From Cyanobacteria bacterium P01_G01_bin.54 (GTDB taxonomy: Bacteria; Cyanobacteriota; Cyanobacteriia; Cyanobacteriales; Spirulinaceae), in assembly GCA_039180005.1 (NCBI GenBank), contig JBCDEB010000012.1:10275-34274 (forward strand): a DNA stretch of 24,000 nt, in the 5' to 3' direction. Every line of letters begins with the position of its first letter. Position 1 is the stretch's first letter. Under the pieces are notes generated by a model. It had not been told where the DNA came from. It saw nothing but the letters and a program-made list of their open reading frames with translations, and ran no database searches. Positions 8,775-16,571 of this stretch are shown in pieces. A program made the translations under genes and the position numbers.

Positions 8775-9572
8775 ATGTCATTGCAACCGATTCATCTGCC
8801 AGACTATCCCGAGGTGCGGATTATCGGTGATGTTCAGATTGATCCGACGGTGGCGATCGCCCCTGGTGTCATTCTCCAAGCCGCCCCTGGTTCATCCATT
8901 CGCCTTGCAGCGGGTGTCTGCCTGGGCATGGGTGTGATCATCAAGGCCTACGGCGGTGTGGTTCAACTGGATGCCGGAGTGAGCCTCGGTCCTGGCGTGT
9001 TGATCATGGGGCCGAGCCATCTGGGCAGCAATGCCTGCATCGGTGGTATTTCCACCCTCTGGCACACCACGGTTGAACCGATGGCGGTGATTCCAGCGGG
9101 GACAGTGATGGGCGATCCGAGCCGTCAAGTGGATCTAGACGCCATCGCCCTTGAAACCCCTCGGCGCAATGGCCAGACGGCAACGCCCGCTGCTGAGCCT
9201 ATCTCTCAGCCCGTTTCTCAGCCACGGGTCTCCCCCCTGGCCGATCCGTGGGAGCCTGCCCAACCCATTGACGCCTCTGCAAACGCCCCGACCCATACCA
9301 AGAAGGCGAAGGCGATCCCCTATCCCCAAAATATGACGGCAAAGAAGACCGAGTCAGACAACGCCCCATTCGACAATTCTGAATTGGAAACGATTGAGTC
9401 AGAAAATGCGGTGTTCCCTGAAGCGAATTCCCCCCTTGTTGCACCCATTCCAGAGCCACCACCCGTGAAACCGCCGGGTCAAGCGACCTATGGCAAAGTA
9501 ATGCTCAATCAGCTCTTGATCACCTTGTTTCCCCATGAACAATCGGTGCGGCGATCGCCTCCAGATCATTAA
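8775..9572 (+). CDS. ccmN: Carboxysome assembly protein CcmN (hexapeptide-repeat N-domain, Pro/acidic linker, C-terminal encapsulation peptide)
   Basis: The N-terminal bacterial-transferase hexapeptide repeats are IGDVQIDPTVAIAPGVILQAAPGSSIRLAAGVCLGMGVIIKAYGGVVQLDAGVSLGPGVLIMG. A long disordered Pro-rich linker follows. The C-terminal amphipathic segment YGKVMLNQLLITLFP resembles the CcmN encapsulation peptide (YGK...L..L...FP). The gene sits directly after ccmM. Confidence 0.85.
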   Translation: MSLQPIHLPDYPEVRIIGDVQIDPTVAIAPGVILQAAPGSSIRLAAGVCLGMGVIIKAYGGVVQLDAGVSLGPGVLIMGPSHLGSNACIGGISTLWHTTVEPMAVIPAGTVMGDPSRQVDLDAIALETPRRNGQTATPAAEPISQPVSQPRVSPLADPWEPAQPIDASANAPTHTKKAKAIPYPQNMTAKKTESDNAPFDNSELETIESENAVFPEANSPLVAPIPEPPPVKPPGQATYGKVMLNQLLITLFPHEQSVRRSPPDH

Positions 9573-9766
9573 CAATTCTTAACAAAGAAACGCAGAATTT
9601 TTGGCATTCATTTAGCGGCCCCGATCGGGATGATTCGGATAATAACTTCCGCTTTTCCCTTGAAGCCTTTGCATCAAGTGAGCTGCTGCTTAGATCAAAG
9701 ATGCAGTTTGTAACAGCTCCAGATACTCAAAATCGAGGCGTCTAGTGATCAATAATTTTCTTGCTA

Positions 9767-9798
9767 AGCCCCAACAGACATGACCTGCTGGGGCTTTT
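9767..9798 (+). terminator. Rho-independent terminator candidate separating the ccm operon from rbcLXS
   Basis: AAGCCCCA (9767-9773...) pairs with TGGGGCTT (9789-9796) around a loop of about 15 nt and is followed by TTTT (9795-9798). The opposite strand lacks a T-tract, so it is oriented for the + strand. Confidence 0.5.
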
Positions 9799-10121
9799 GA
9801 TGTTGCTCCGGTGGGAGTACTCACTCTTTTTAATAAAGTATTAATTTCATTAATCAGTCGCACAAGGAATGGATATTGAGAAATCTGCATGGATCTGTCA
9901 ATAGTCGCCAAAAAAGTTATAGCTTCGTGATAAGCTAACTCTCGAAAGAAATTTTTACAGAATCTCTTAGATCGCTAACGTGCATTGCTGGCATCTCACT
10001 GTTCTCGGATTTTGAGGAACGTCTTCAGTGACTCATCTCCCAGGAAGCACAGCAGAGCAGTTGTGAACGACATCGAGTTTTCATTGCAGGCCTCACACCC
10101 AAAGAGGAGGAATTGAGGATC

Positions 10122-11534
10122 ATGGTACAAACCAAACCTAAATTTGAAGCAGGGGTAAAGGATTACCGCCTGACTTATTACACCCCTGATTACACCCCCA
10201 AAGACACGGATCTGTTGGCTTGTTTCCGGATGACTCCCCAACCGGGTGTTCCTCCTGAAGAAGCGGGTGCAGCGGTCGCCGCTGAATCGTCCACCGGTAC
10301 CTGGACCACCGTTTGGACGGACAACCTCACCGATCTGGATCGATATAAGGGGCGTTGCTACGACCTAGAAGCAGTTCCGGGTGAAGATAACCAATATTTC
10401 TGCTTCGTTGCCTATCCTTTGGATCTCTTTGAAGAAGGCTCCGTCACCAACGTATTGACTTCGATCGTGGGTAACGTCTTTGGTTTCAAAGCCCTGCGTG
10501 CCCTGCGCCTCGAGGACTTGCGCTTCCCCGTTGCCCTGATCAAGACCTTCCAAGGCCCGCCGCACGGCATCACCGTTGAACGGGACATCCTTAATAAATA
10601 TGGTCGTCCCCTTTTGGGTTGCACGATTAAGCCCAAACTGGGCCTTTCAGCGAAGAACTACGGTCGTGCCGTTTACGAATGTCTACGTGGCGGCTTGGAC
10701 TTCACCAAAGATGATGAGAATATCAACTCTCAGCCCTTTATGCGCTGGCGCGATCGCTTCCTCTTTGTCCAAGAAGCCATCGAGAAAGCCCAAGCGGAAA
10801 CCAACGAAATCAAGGGTCACTACCTCAACGTCACGGCTCCCACCTGTGAGCAGATGATGCAGCGGGCTGAATTTGCCAAAGAAATCGGCACCCCGATCGT
10901 CATGCACGACTACCTCACTGGGGGCTTCACCGCTAACACCACCCTGGCTCGCTGGTGTCGTGATAATGGTCTGCTGCTGCACATCCACCGAGCAATGCAC
11001 GCAGTAATTGACCGTCAGCGTAACCATGGCATTCACTTCCGCGTCCTGGCCAAGTGCCTCCGCCTCTCCGGGGGTGACCACCTCCACTCCGGTACGGTCG
11101 TTGGTAAGCTCGAAGGTGAGCGCGGCATCACCATGGGCTTCGTTGACCTGATGCGCGAAGACTACGTTGAAGAAGATCGCTCCCGCGGTATTTTCTTCAC
11201 CCAAGACTACGCGTCCCTGCCTGGCACCATGCCGGTTGCTTCTGGTGGTATCCACGTTTGGCACATGCCCGCCTTGGTGGAAATCTTCGGGGATGATTCT
11301 TGCCTCCAGTTCGGTGGTGGTACGCTGGGTCACCCCTGGGGGAACGCACCCGGTGCAACCGCCAACCGTGTGGCACTTGAAGCCTGTGTTCAAGCGCGTA
11401 ATGAAGGTCGCAACTTGGCTCGTGAAGGCAACGACGTGATCCGTGAAGCCTGCCGCTGGTCGCCTGAATTGGCCGCAGCTTGCGAACTTTGGAAGGAAAT
11501 CAAGTTCGAGTTCGAGGCCATGGACACGCTCTAA
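10122..11534 (+). CDS. rbcL: Ribulose-1,5-bisphosphate carboxylase/oxygenase large subunit, form IB
   Basis: [83 protein letters not shown] and [38 protein letters not shown] are diagnostic. I prefer the ATG at 10122 (MVQTKPK...) because AGAGGAGG at 10103-10110 sits 11 nt upstream. The TTG at 10113 from the ORF track is only 2 nt from that Shine-Dalgarno. Confidence 0.97.
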   Translation: MVQTKPKFEAGVKDYRLTYYTPDYTPKDTDLLACFRMTPQPGVPPEEAGAAVAAESSTGTWTTVWTDNLTDLDRYKGRCYDLEAVPGEDNQYFCFVAYPLDLFEEGSVTNVLTSIVGNVFGFKALRALRLEDLRFPVALIKTFQGPPHGITVERDILNKYGRPLLGCTIKPKLGLSAKNYGRAVYECLRGGLDFTKDDENINSQPFMRWRDRFLFVQEAIEKAQAETNEIKGHYLNVTAPTCEQMMQRAEFAKEIGTPIVMHDYLTGGFTANTTLARWCRDNGLLLHIHRAMHAVIDRQRNHGIHFRVLAKCLRLSGGDHLHSGTVVGKLEGERGITMGFVDLMREDYVEEDRSRGIFFTQDYASLPGTMPVASGGIHVWHMPALVEIFGDDSCLQFGGGTLGHPWGNAPGATANRVALEACVQARNEGRNLAREGNDVIREACRWSPELAAACELWKEIKFEFEAMDTL

Positions 11535-11548
11535 GCCCTGTTCTCGCT

Positions 11549-11595
11549 CTGGGGAAATCGGGTCTTTGACTACAGTTTCCCCCAGCGACCTCTTT
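11549..11595 (+). terminator. Hairpin plus short T-run in the rbcL-rbcX spacer (possible partial terminator or mRNA-stability element)
   Basis: CTGGGGAAA (11549-11557) pairs with TTTCCCCCAG (11576-11585), with one bulged C, around an 18-nt loop. CGACCTCTTTT follows. The genes downstream (rbcX, rbcS) are co-oriented, so at most a leaky terminator is expected. Confidence 0.3.
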
Positions 11596-11632
11596 TAAAC
11601 TGGGTCTGGTTCGGACTTATTTTCCACTCGGC

Positions 11633-12064
11633 ATGAACCCCAAAGTTGTTGCCCAAGAAACGGTTAAAACGCTGCAAACCTATCTGACATATCACGCAGT
11701 GCGTGAAATTGTCAATCAGCTCTCCCAGACGAATCCGCCGCAAGCCAGTTGGCTGAGTCGGTATTCGGAGGGCAAACTCAAAGACTCTGAAACCTATCTT
11801 CAGGGTTTGATGTTAGAGCAGAAGGAGTTAGTGTTGCGCATCCTCACGGTGCGCGCCAATATTGCTGAGCAGATCGCGGATTTTCTGCCCGGTATGCTGC
11901 GAGAGGCGATCGCCGCCTCCAATACCGACTACCGCCGTCAGGTGCTAGAGCGTTTAACCCAAACGGCAACAGTGCCAGACCCCCCGGCTGAACCGCCCAT
12001 CACGACCGATGAGTCGGACAGCCCCGATGAATCTTCGGAATCTTCACCCCATCCTGAACGTTAA
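11633..12064 (+). CDS. rbcX: RuBisCO assembly chaperone RbcX
   Basis: TVKTLQTYLTYHAVREIVNQLSQTNPPQASWL...LRILTVRANIAEQIADFLPGM...RRQVLERLTQ matches the conserved RbcX helices (TLQSYLTYQA...ETNPP...RIMTVREHIAE). It lies between rbcL and rbcS and carries an acidic Ser/Pro-rich C-terminal tail. Confidence 0.92.
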   Translation: MNPKVVAQETVKTLQTYLTYHAVREIVNQLSQTNPPQASWLSRYSEGKLKDSETYLQGLMLEQKELVLRILTVRANIAEQIADFLPGMLREAIAASNTDYRRQVLERLTQTATVPDPPAEPPITTDESDSPDESSESSPHPER

Positions 12065-12082
12065 TTAAGGAAACGACTGGCA

Positions 12083-12418
12083 ATGAAAACTTTACCCAAA
12101 GAGAAACGGTACGAAACCCTCTCCTACCTCCCCCCGCTGACCGATCAGCAGATTGCGCAACAGATCAACTATATGCTGGATCAAGGCTACATTCCTGCAG
12201 TGGAATTTGAAAAAGATCCCAACCCCGGTGATCACCATTGGACGCTATGGAAGTTGCCCCTGTTCAACGCCGCTAGCCCCCAAGATGTGTTGAGCGAAGT
12301 GCGTGAATGTCGTCAAGAATATTCAGATTCCTACATTCGTGTGGTGGGTTTTGACAACATCAAGCAATGTCAAACGGTGAGCTTCATTGTTTACAAGCCG
12401 GGTACGAGCCGCTTCTAG
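12083..12418 (+). CDS. rbcS: RuBisCO small subunit
   Basis: [43 protein letters not shown]...[10 protein letters not shown]...[23 protein letters not shown] is the canonical cyanobacterial RbcS sequence. Confidence 0.96.
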   Translation: MKTLPKEKRYETLSYLPPLTDQQIAQQINYMLDQGYIPAVEFEKDPNPGDHHWTLWKLPLFNAASPQDVLSEVRECRQEYSDSYIRVVGFDNIKQCQTVSFIVYKPGTSRF

Positions 12419-12442
12419 ATTGAAGTTTGGTGTTTAAAAGAT

Positions 12443-12474
12443 GGGGTTGAGTCCTTGGGCTCAGCCCCGTTTTG
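12443..12474 (+). terminator. Rho-independent terminator of rbcLXS
   Basis: GGGGTTGAG (12443-12451) pairs with CTCAGCCCC (12460-12468), including one G-U pair, around an 8-nt loop. GTTTT (12469-12473) follows, 25 nt after the rbcS stop. Confidence 0.6.
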
Positions 12475-12535
12475 GTTGGTCAGGGTAAGGAGCGATTGTT
12501 ATAGAATCGAGGGGTTGTTATCTGCAACAGCAAAA

Positions 12536-12838
12536 ATGCAAGGCGTACAATTTTTAGTCAATGGGTCGGGCGATCGCACCTCAGCGTTGATCGATTTAAA
12601 AACCCATGCTGAGTTTTGGGTAACCCTCCAAACTGGAACCAACTCTTCAAGCTGGAAATTTTTAACTGACGCACAGGGTCAGAAAATCGCGCTTGTGCTG
12701 GATTTAACGGATGAGGAAGATCAAGAACTTTGGGAAGATTTTTGTGATGGGGTGGCGATCGCAGCAGCAGCTCATGAGCCTCGTTTAAGCTGGGATGCAG
12801 CAAAAGCAGATTTAGATTCAGTAGCCACTCGTGTTTGA
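12536..12838 (+). CDS. Putative type II antitoxin (partner of the downstream RelE/ParE toxin), with an internally duplicated N-terminal module
   Basis: The gene overlaps the toxin start by 8 nt (GTGTTTGA, 12831-12838), a classic toxin-antitoxin arrangement. The segment WKFLTDAQGQKIALVLDLTDEEDQELWEDFCDGVAIAAAAHEPRLSWDAAKADL resembles the cyanobacterial antitoxin pattern of a beta-strand, an acidic helix, and then ExxxSxxEx. I prefer the ATG at 12536. The TTG at 12455 from the ORF track lies inside the rbcS terminator. Confidence 0.6.
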   Translation: MQGVQFLVNGSGDRTSALIDLKTHAEFWVTLQTGTNSSSWKFLTDAQGQKIALVLDLTDEEDQELWEDFCDGVAIAAAAHEPRLSWDAAKADLDSVATRV

Positions 12839-13094
12839 ATATCAGGTTACGATCGCCCGCTCGGCACAAAAGTCACTCACGAAACTGCCCCAGTCTGTGT
12901 GCGATCGCATTCTTGAACAGATTGATTACCTCCAGACTGAACCACGACCGTCAGGCGTTCGGAAATTGAAGGGTCAAACAAAAAGTTGGCGGTTGCGGGT
13001 TGGTGATTATCGAATTGTCTACGATGTAGATGATCAGGCTCGACAAATAGACATTGTAAGAATTCGCCACCGCCAGGATGTCTACAAACTTTAG
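12831..13094 (+). CDS. Type II toxin, RelE/ParE (mRNA interferase) family
   Basis: An 87-aa protein, MFEYQVTIARSAQKSLTKLP...ILEQIDYLQTEPRPSGVRKLKG...WRLRVGDYRIVYDVDDQARQIDIVRIRHRQDVY. It carries the RelE/ParE signature (A.K.L.KL, KL.G....R.RVGDYR..Y.I.D....I.I..I.HR...Y) and has a small overlapping upstream partner. Confidence 0.85.
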   Translation: MFEYQVTIARSAQKSLTKLPQSVCDRILEQIDYLQTEPRPSGVRKLKGQTKSWRLRVGDYRIVYDVDDQARQIDIVRIRHRQDVYKL

Positions 13095-13121
13095 GGTACA
13101 CAAGTTTTCTGGGGATCTAAG

Positions 13122-16100
13122 CTACGGCCTCCGAAAGGGCATTCTCGGTGGAGCAGTTTTCCACATCAGGTCAATTTCTTCGGGGGTGAGGCCGTAGGCC
13201 TGATTCACCAAATCAGAAATACGATGCTCTAAAGTCAACCCTTCAGAGCGGCGAGTTTGGATGGGGTGAGCATAGTCGCTGTAGGCTTCTTTGAGTTCTT
13301 TGAGCAGTTTAGGACCGAGGCTAACTGCGGCTTTGGGGCGACGTTTTTTGACTTCTTTAACAAAGTCATCCAAGGGCAAGCTGGCAAAGTCGCTGAGTTT
13401 GTTACCCGGTTTCTCAATGCCATGTTCAAGCCCAAGCCAGTCGAGGATGTCACGAGTCGCTTCTTGGTTAGCCTTGGTCATTTCGATCAGGCGTTGGACA
13501 GCGGGTTCGACTTCGGCACGGATTGCGTCGGTGGGTGGGGCGATGGGAAGTGTCTCGATGAACTGGGTGAAAAGCCTCAATGCTTCATCTTTTCCGTGCG
13601 ATGTGTTCCGCCACATATAAGCCCAAACGATTGGAGAATTGAGTACTCCAAGGAGATAGTGATTCCTGAGAGGAAGCATATAGGTCGTGTTGACCGATAC
13701 TGCTCCAGTCACATCAAAACTGAATTCTGGTCGCCAAGTAATGTCTGTATAGATTATCTTTGGATTGTCGAAGAATTTATAGTAAGCGCAGGGTCTCAAT
13801 TCCCACCAATAGTATCCTTGATCTTGCCTTTTTATGAGCTTATCTCTAAACTTAATGAGGTGTTGATAAATTGACGGATAAGTTCCTGAAAAGACTGACT
13901 CTGCATTATTATTGGACTCTTTCCATGGCCAATTAAAATCACTGCTTGACTTCAATAAAATCATCCATAATTGATTCCATTCTGGATGCCATCGGGACAA
14001 GTCCATCCCTCTTAGATAGGGTTTGATAATCTTTGATGCTTTCGGATCAGACTGAATGATTTCATCTTTTTTTCTGCCGTCAATAAGAAAAGCTTGATTG
14101 AATCCAGTTTTTATCCCCAAGAACGGTTTTTCACCAATCAAATCCTTCAAAAAAATTCCAGATACTCTCATATTTTCAAATAGAGCACTGACTTGAACAG
14201 GATCTAGACTCCAAGCTTGCTTATCAAAATTCAACCAAGGGATCTCATAACCTTCTTGATTTACATACTGTGGCAGGTTGATATTTTCCAAATGCTCCCT
14301 TGGCACTGGACAAATTTGCACAGATTCTGATACTTTCGGTTTCTCGGTCTCTTTCGCCCCCTCACCTTCCGGCTTCCTCACCGACACAATACAGGGAAAC
14401 ACATCCGCATCCACAAAAATTGGTGCATGACCGAAATCGATAATTTGCTCAAACACCGAGTTCTCAGCAAAAAACTTCCGCAACGGCTCCCCATAACCCG
14501 CCCGCAGCCACTTGTTCGTCACAATGTACGACAAAATCCCCTGAGGTCGCAGAATTTTTAGCCCTTTTTCGTAGAAGTAAACATAGATATCTGCCACCCC
14601 ATCATAAGCTGCATAATGTTCTTGTAGATAAGGCTTAAACGGCGTCAGTAACTCCTGGCGCACATAGGGTGGATTGCCAATCACCACATCAAAGCCACCA
14701 CTGACAAACACGTCCGGAAACGCCGCCTCCCAGTCAAAAGCGTAAGCATCCACATCCGGGTCAGCAATAATCGAATTGCCCACCTTGATATTGTCATCCA
14801 GATAGGTCAATGTCTTGCCGCGCTCCGCTGTTTTTAGCCACAGCGAGAGTTTGGTGATCTCCACCGACTCTGGTGATAAATCTACCCCATAAAGATTTTG
14901 ATTCAGAATGGTCTTGGTCAGGTCAAACAAGCTACGCTGACCCACCACTTGCCCTGATTTATCCTGCGTTTGCAGTGCCGCCAACCGCTCATTCACCGCT
15001 TCATACTTGCGACTGAGGAAATCAAACGCCGCAATGAGAAATGCCCCCGAACCACAAGCCGGATCAATCACCCGTGTTTGGGTCAGCACCTCATCCCGAT
15101 AACGTTCCCAAAACTCAATCTCTGCCACCCGCCGCTTGCGAACCGCATTCGCCCGAATCTGATCAATCCCGATTTCTGCCCAGAGCGCCTGTTCCTTACG
15201 CTCTAGATATTCACCCAGCGCCACTGCCACAATGTACTGCGTAATAAACGCTGGTGTGTAATAAACACCCTGAGTCTTACGACGCCCCTTCTTCTGGTCA
15301 TAGTCCTGATTCGCTGCCTTGGCTCGCAACTCTTCCAAATCCGATACCGATTGTTCAAAAATATGCCCCAGAATATTGACTGAAATCTCCGAGGCAAAGT
15401 CATAGCGGGTCAGGGTATTGAGCTGGCTACAGAGAACATCTGAAACCCACAATTGCTCATCCAAGAGCGGGTCATGAGCAAAAAGACCACCGTTATAGCC
15501 AGGGATCTCTAATGCACTGTTCCCCTTATCCACCGCTTGAAACACCGCCTTGAAATTATCCCAAATGCGGCGGGGATTATAGGGATCTTTATGGTCGTGG
15601 GCCTTTTGTAGTGTTTTCTCTGGCAACAAACCCCGGTCTTCGCAAAATGCAATGAACAAGATGCGATCGAGCACCTTCTGAGCAGCCGCGATCAGCGTGA
15701 TGTTGCGATTGTTCAACTCTGCTGGCCCAATATGCAGAAAATGTTTGGCTAGTTGTAGCCGTACCTGCTTATATTCCTCGTAGAGCTTTTCGGTGATGTC
15801 TTTATCTGCATTGGCTGACTCAATGAGCAACTGATCAATCCGCGATTTAGCCTTGGCATCAGCCGTTGGCGGCAAAAAATTCTCCCGACAGAGAATGAAG
15901 TAGAACCACTTGAAGGTTTCCAGATGGGTTAGGTCTTCGAGCCAAAACCACTCATAATAAGCTGGGGTCTTGCTGGTCTGGTAGAGTCGGATTTCTCGAT
16001 AATTTGACACGATCACCCAGCGACAATCCGGGGTGTAGTTGGCATAACGCCAGCCCTGATCCACCGCCGACTCATGGCGACCCGATACCGTGCGATCGAG

Positions 16101-16487
16101 GTCATTGGTCACGCCTTTGAGTTCAATAGGGGCAACGACTCGCCCCCAGAGCTTTACTTTGCCTGAATCCTCTGTTTTGGCATTAAAGAGTCCAATTGCC
16201 CCGTCTGCCGACCCTCCACCATCCGCAATGGTTTGCTCAGCATGGAGTTCCCAGCGATCGCCCTCAATAATGGAGCGGTAGCCCAACACCATTTGGAAAA
16301 TATCATTGAGGAACTGACCATGAAGCGAGACTTCTTTAATCTTGGTGAGCTTGCCTGACTGGAGTGAGGCGATCCACTCCTGTACCTTCTTGTGCTTATC
16401 CGCCAGATCGGCTGGAAAGACAAAGCCCTTGATCGCATTCTCAACACTCTTCTGGTTGAACAAAGCACCAGCATTTTTTCCAGACAT
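13122..16487 (-). CDS. Type IIG (MmeI/Eco57I-like, single-chain) restriction endonuclease / N6-adenine DNA methyltransferase with C-terminal target-recognition domain
   Basis: The N-terminal PD-(D/E)xK nuclease is laid out as in MmeI-type enzymes: D95 in SADGAIGLF, E122-L-K124 in APIELKG, then RWVIVSNYREIRLY. The gamma-class methyltransferase motifs are GVYYTPAFITQYIV (motif X), VIDPACGSGAFLIAAF (motif I) and VVIGNPPYVRQE (motif IV, nt 14661-14678). The C-terminal TaqI-like specificity-domain features are GIKTGFNQAFLI, KPYLRGMDLSRW and YYWWELRPCAYY. Confidence 0.8.
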   Translation of the reverse strand: MSGKNAGALFNQKSVENAIKGFVFPADLADKHKKVQEWIASLQSGKLTKIKEVSLHGQFLNDIFQMVLGYRSIIEGDRWELHAEQTIADGGGSADGAIGLFNAKTEDSGKVKLWGRVVAPIELKGVTNDLDRTVSGRHESAVDQGWRYANYTPDCRWVIVSNYREIRLYQTSKTPAYYEWFWLEDLTHLETFKWFYFILCRENFLPPTADAKAKSRIDQLLIESANADKDITEKLYEEYKQVRLQLAKHFLHIGPAELNNRNITLIAAAQKVLDRILFIAFCEDRGLLPEKTLQKAHDHKDPYNPRRIWDNFKAVFQAVDKGNSALEIPGYNGGLFAHDPLLDEQLWVSDVLCSQLNTLTRYDFASEISVNILGHIFEQSVSDLEELRAKAANQDYDQKKGRRKTQGVYYTPAFITQYIVAVALGEYLERKEQALWAEIGIDQIRANAVRKRRVAEIEFWERYRDEVLTQTRVIDPACGSGAFLIAAFDFLSRKYEAVNERLAALQTQDKSGQVVGQRSLFDLTKTILNQNLYGVDLSPESVEITKLSLWLKTAERGKTLTYLDDNIKVGNSIIADPDVDAYAFDWEAAFPDVFVSGGFDVVIGNPPYVRQELLTPFKPYLQEHYAAYDGVADIYVYFYEKGLKILRPQGILSYIVTNKWLRAGYGEPLRKFFAENSVFEQIIDFGHAPIFVDADVFPCIVSVRKPEGEGAKETEKPKVSESVQICPVPREHLENINLPQYVNQEGYEIPWLNFDKQAWSLDPVQVSALFENMRVSGIFLKDLIGEKPFLGIKTGFNQAFLIDGRKKDEIIQSDPKASKIIKPYLRGMDLSRWHPEWNQLWMILLKSSSDFNWPWKESNNNAESVFSGTYPSIYQHLIKFRDKLIKRQDQGYYWWELRPCAYYKFFDNPKIIYTDITWRPEFSFDVTGAVSVNTTYMLPLRNHYLLGVLNSPIVWAYMWRNTSHGKDEALRLFTQFIETLPIAPPTDAIRAEVEPAVQRLIEMTKANQEATRDILDWLGLEHGIEKPGNKLSDFASLPLDDFVKEVKKRRPKAAVSLGPKLLKELKEAYSDYAHPIQTRRSEGLTLEHRISDLVNQAYGLTPEEIDLMWKTAPPRMPFRRP

Positions 16488-16571
16488 AGTTTAATTGATT
16501 TGGCATTCTCCTTTTAGTCGATTGCTCAATTTTAATCTGCTTCGCCTAACCTAGGCTAAGGCAAACATCCA

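Noticed and set aside
9690-9911. A 73-aa minus-strand ORF in the AT-rich ccmN-rbcL spacer.
   Set aside because: It has a TTG start, no Shine-Dalgarno and no recognisable motifs. It reads through the + strand terminator hairpin at 9767-9798. It is more likely non-coding promoter or terminator DNA, though a small protein cannot be excluded without conservation data.
10113-10121. TTG start for rbcL given by the ORF track (MRIMVQ...).
   Set aside because: The AGAGGAGG Shine-Dalgarno ends 2 nt before this TTG, which is too close. It is 11 nt before the ATG at 10122.
10683-11393. A 236-aa ORF antisense to rbcL, and similar long antisense ORFs at 17610-18425, 13257-13874, 22910-23314, 7950-8387, 6774-7193 and 19983-20585.
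   Set aside because: All lie fully inside, and antisense to, confidently identified genes. Their translations are Arg/Gly/Pro-rich with no motifs. This is the usual stop-codon-poor shadow frame of GC-biased coding DNA.
13122-16487. Scarcity of HIP1 (GCGATCGC) sites as evidence that the RM gene is foreign. I found one site, at 16254-16261, in 3.4 kb.
   Set aside because: By my manual scan the core ccm/rbc region has only about one site per 1.2 kb. One site in 3.4 kb is therefore not clearly significant. I kept it only as weak supporting context and rely on the GC and codon step instead.
16504-16506. An AAGGAG followed by ATG in the CYTH-RM spacer (minus strand), as a possible alternative start or leader peptide.
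   Set aside because: The ATG is 1 nt from the Shine-Dalgarno and out of frame with the RM ORF. It would give only a 21-codon ORF overlapping the RM start. Nothing supports it beyond chance.
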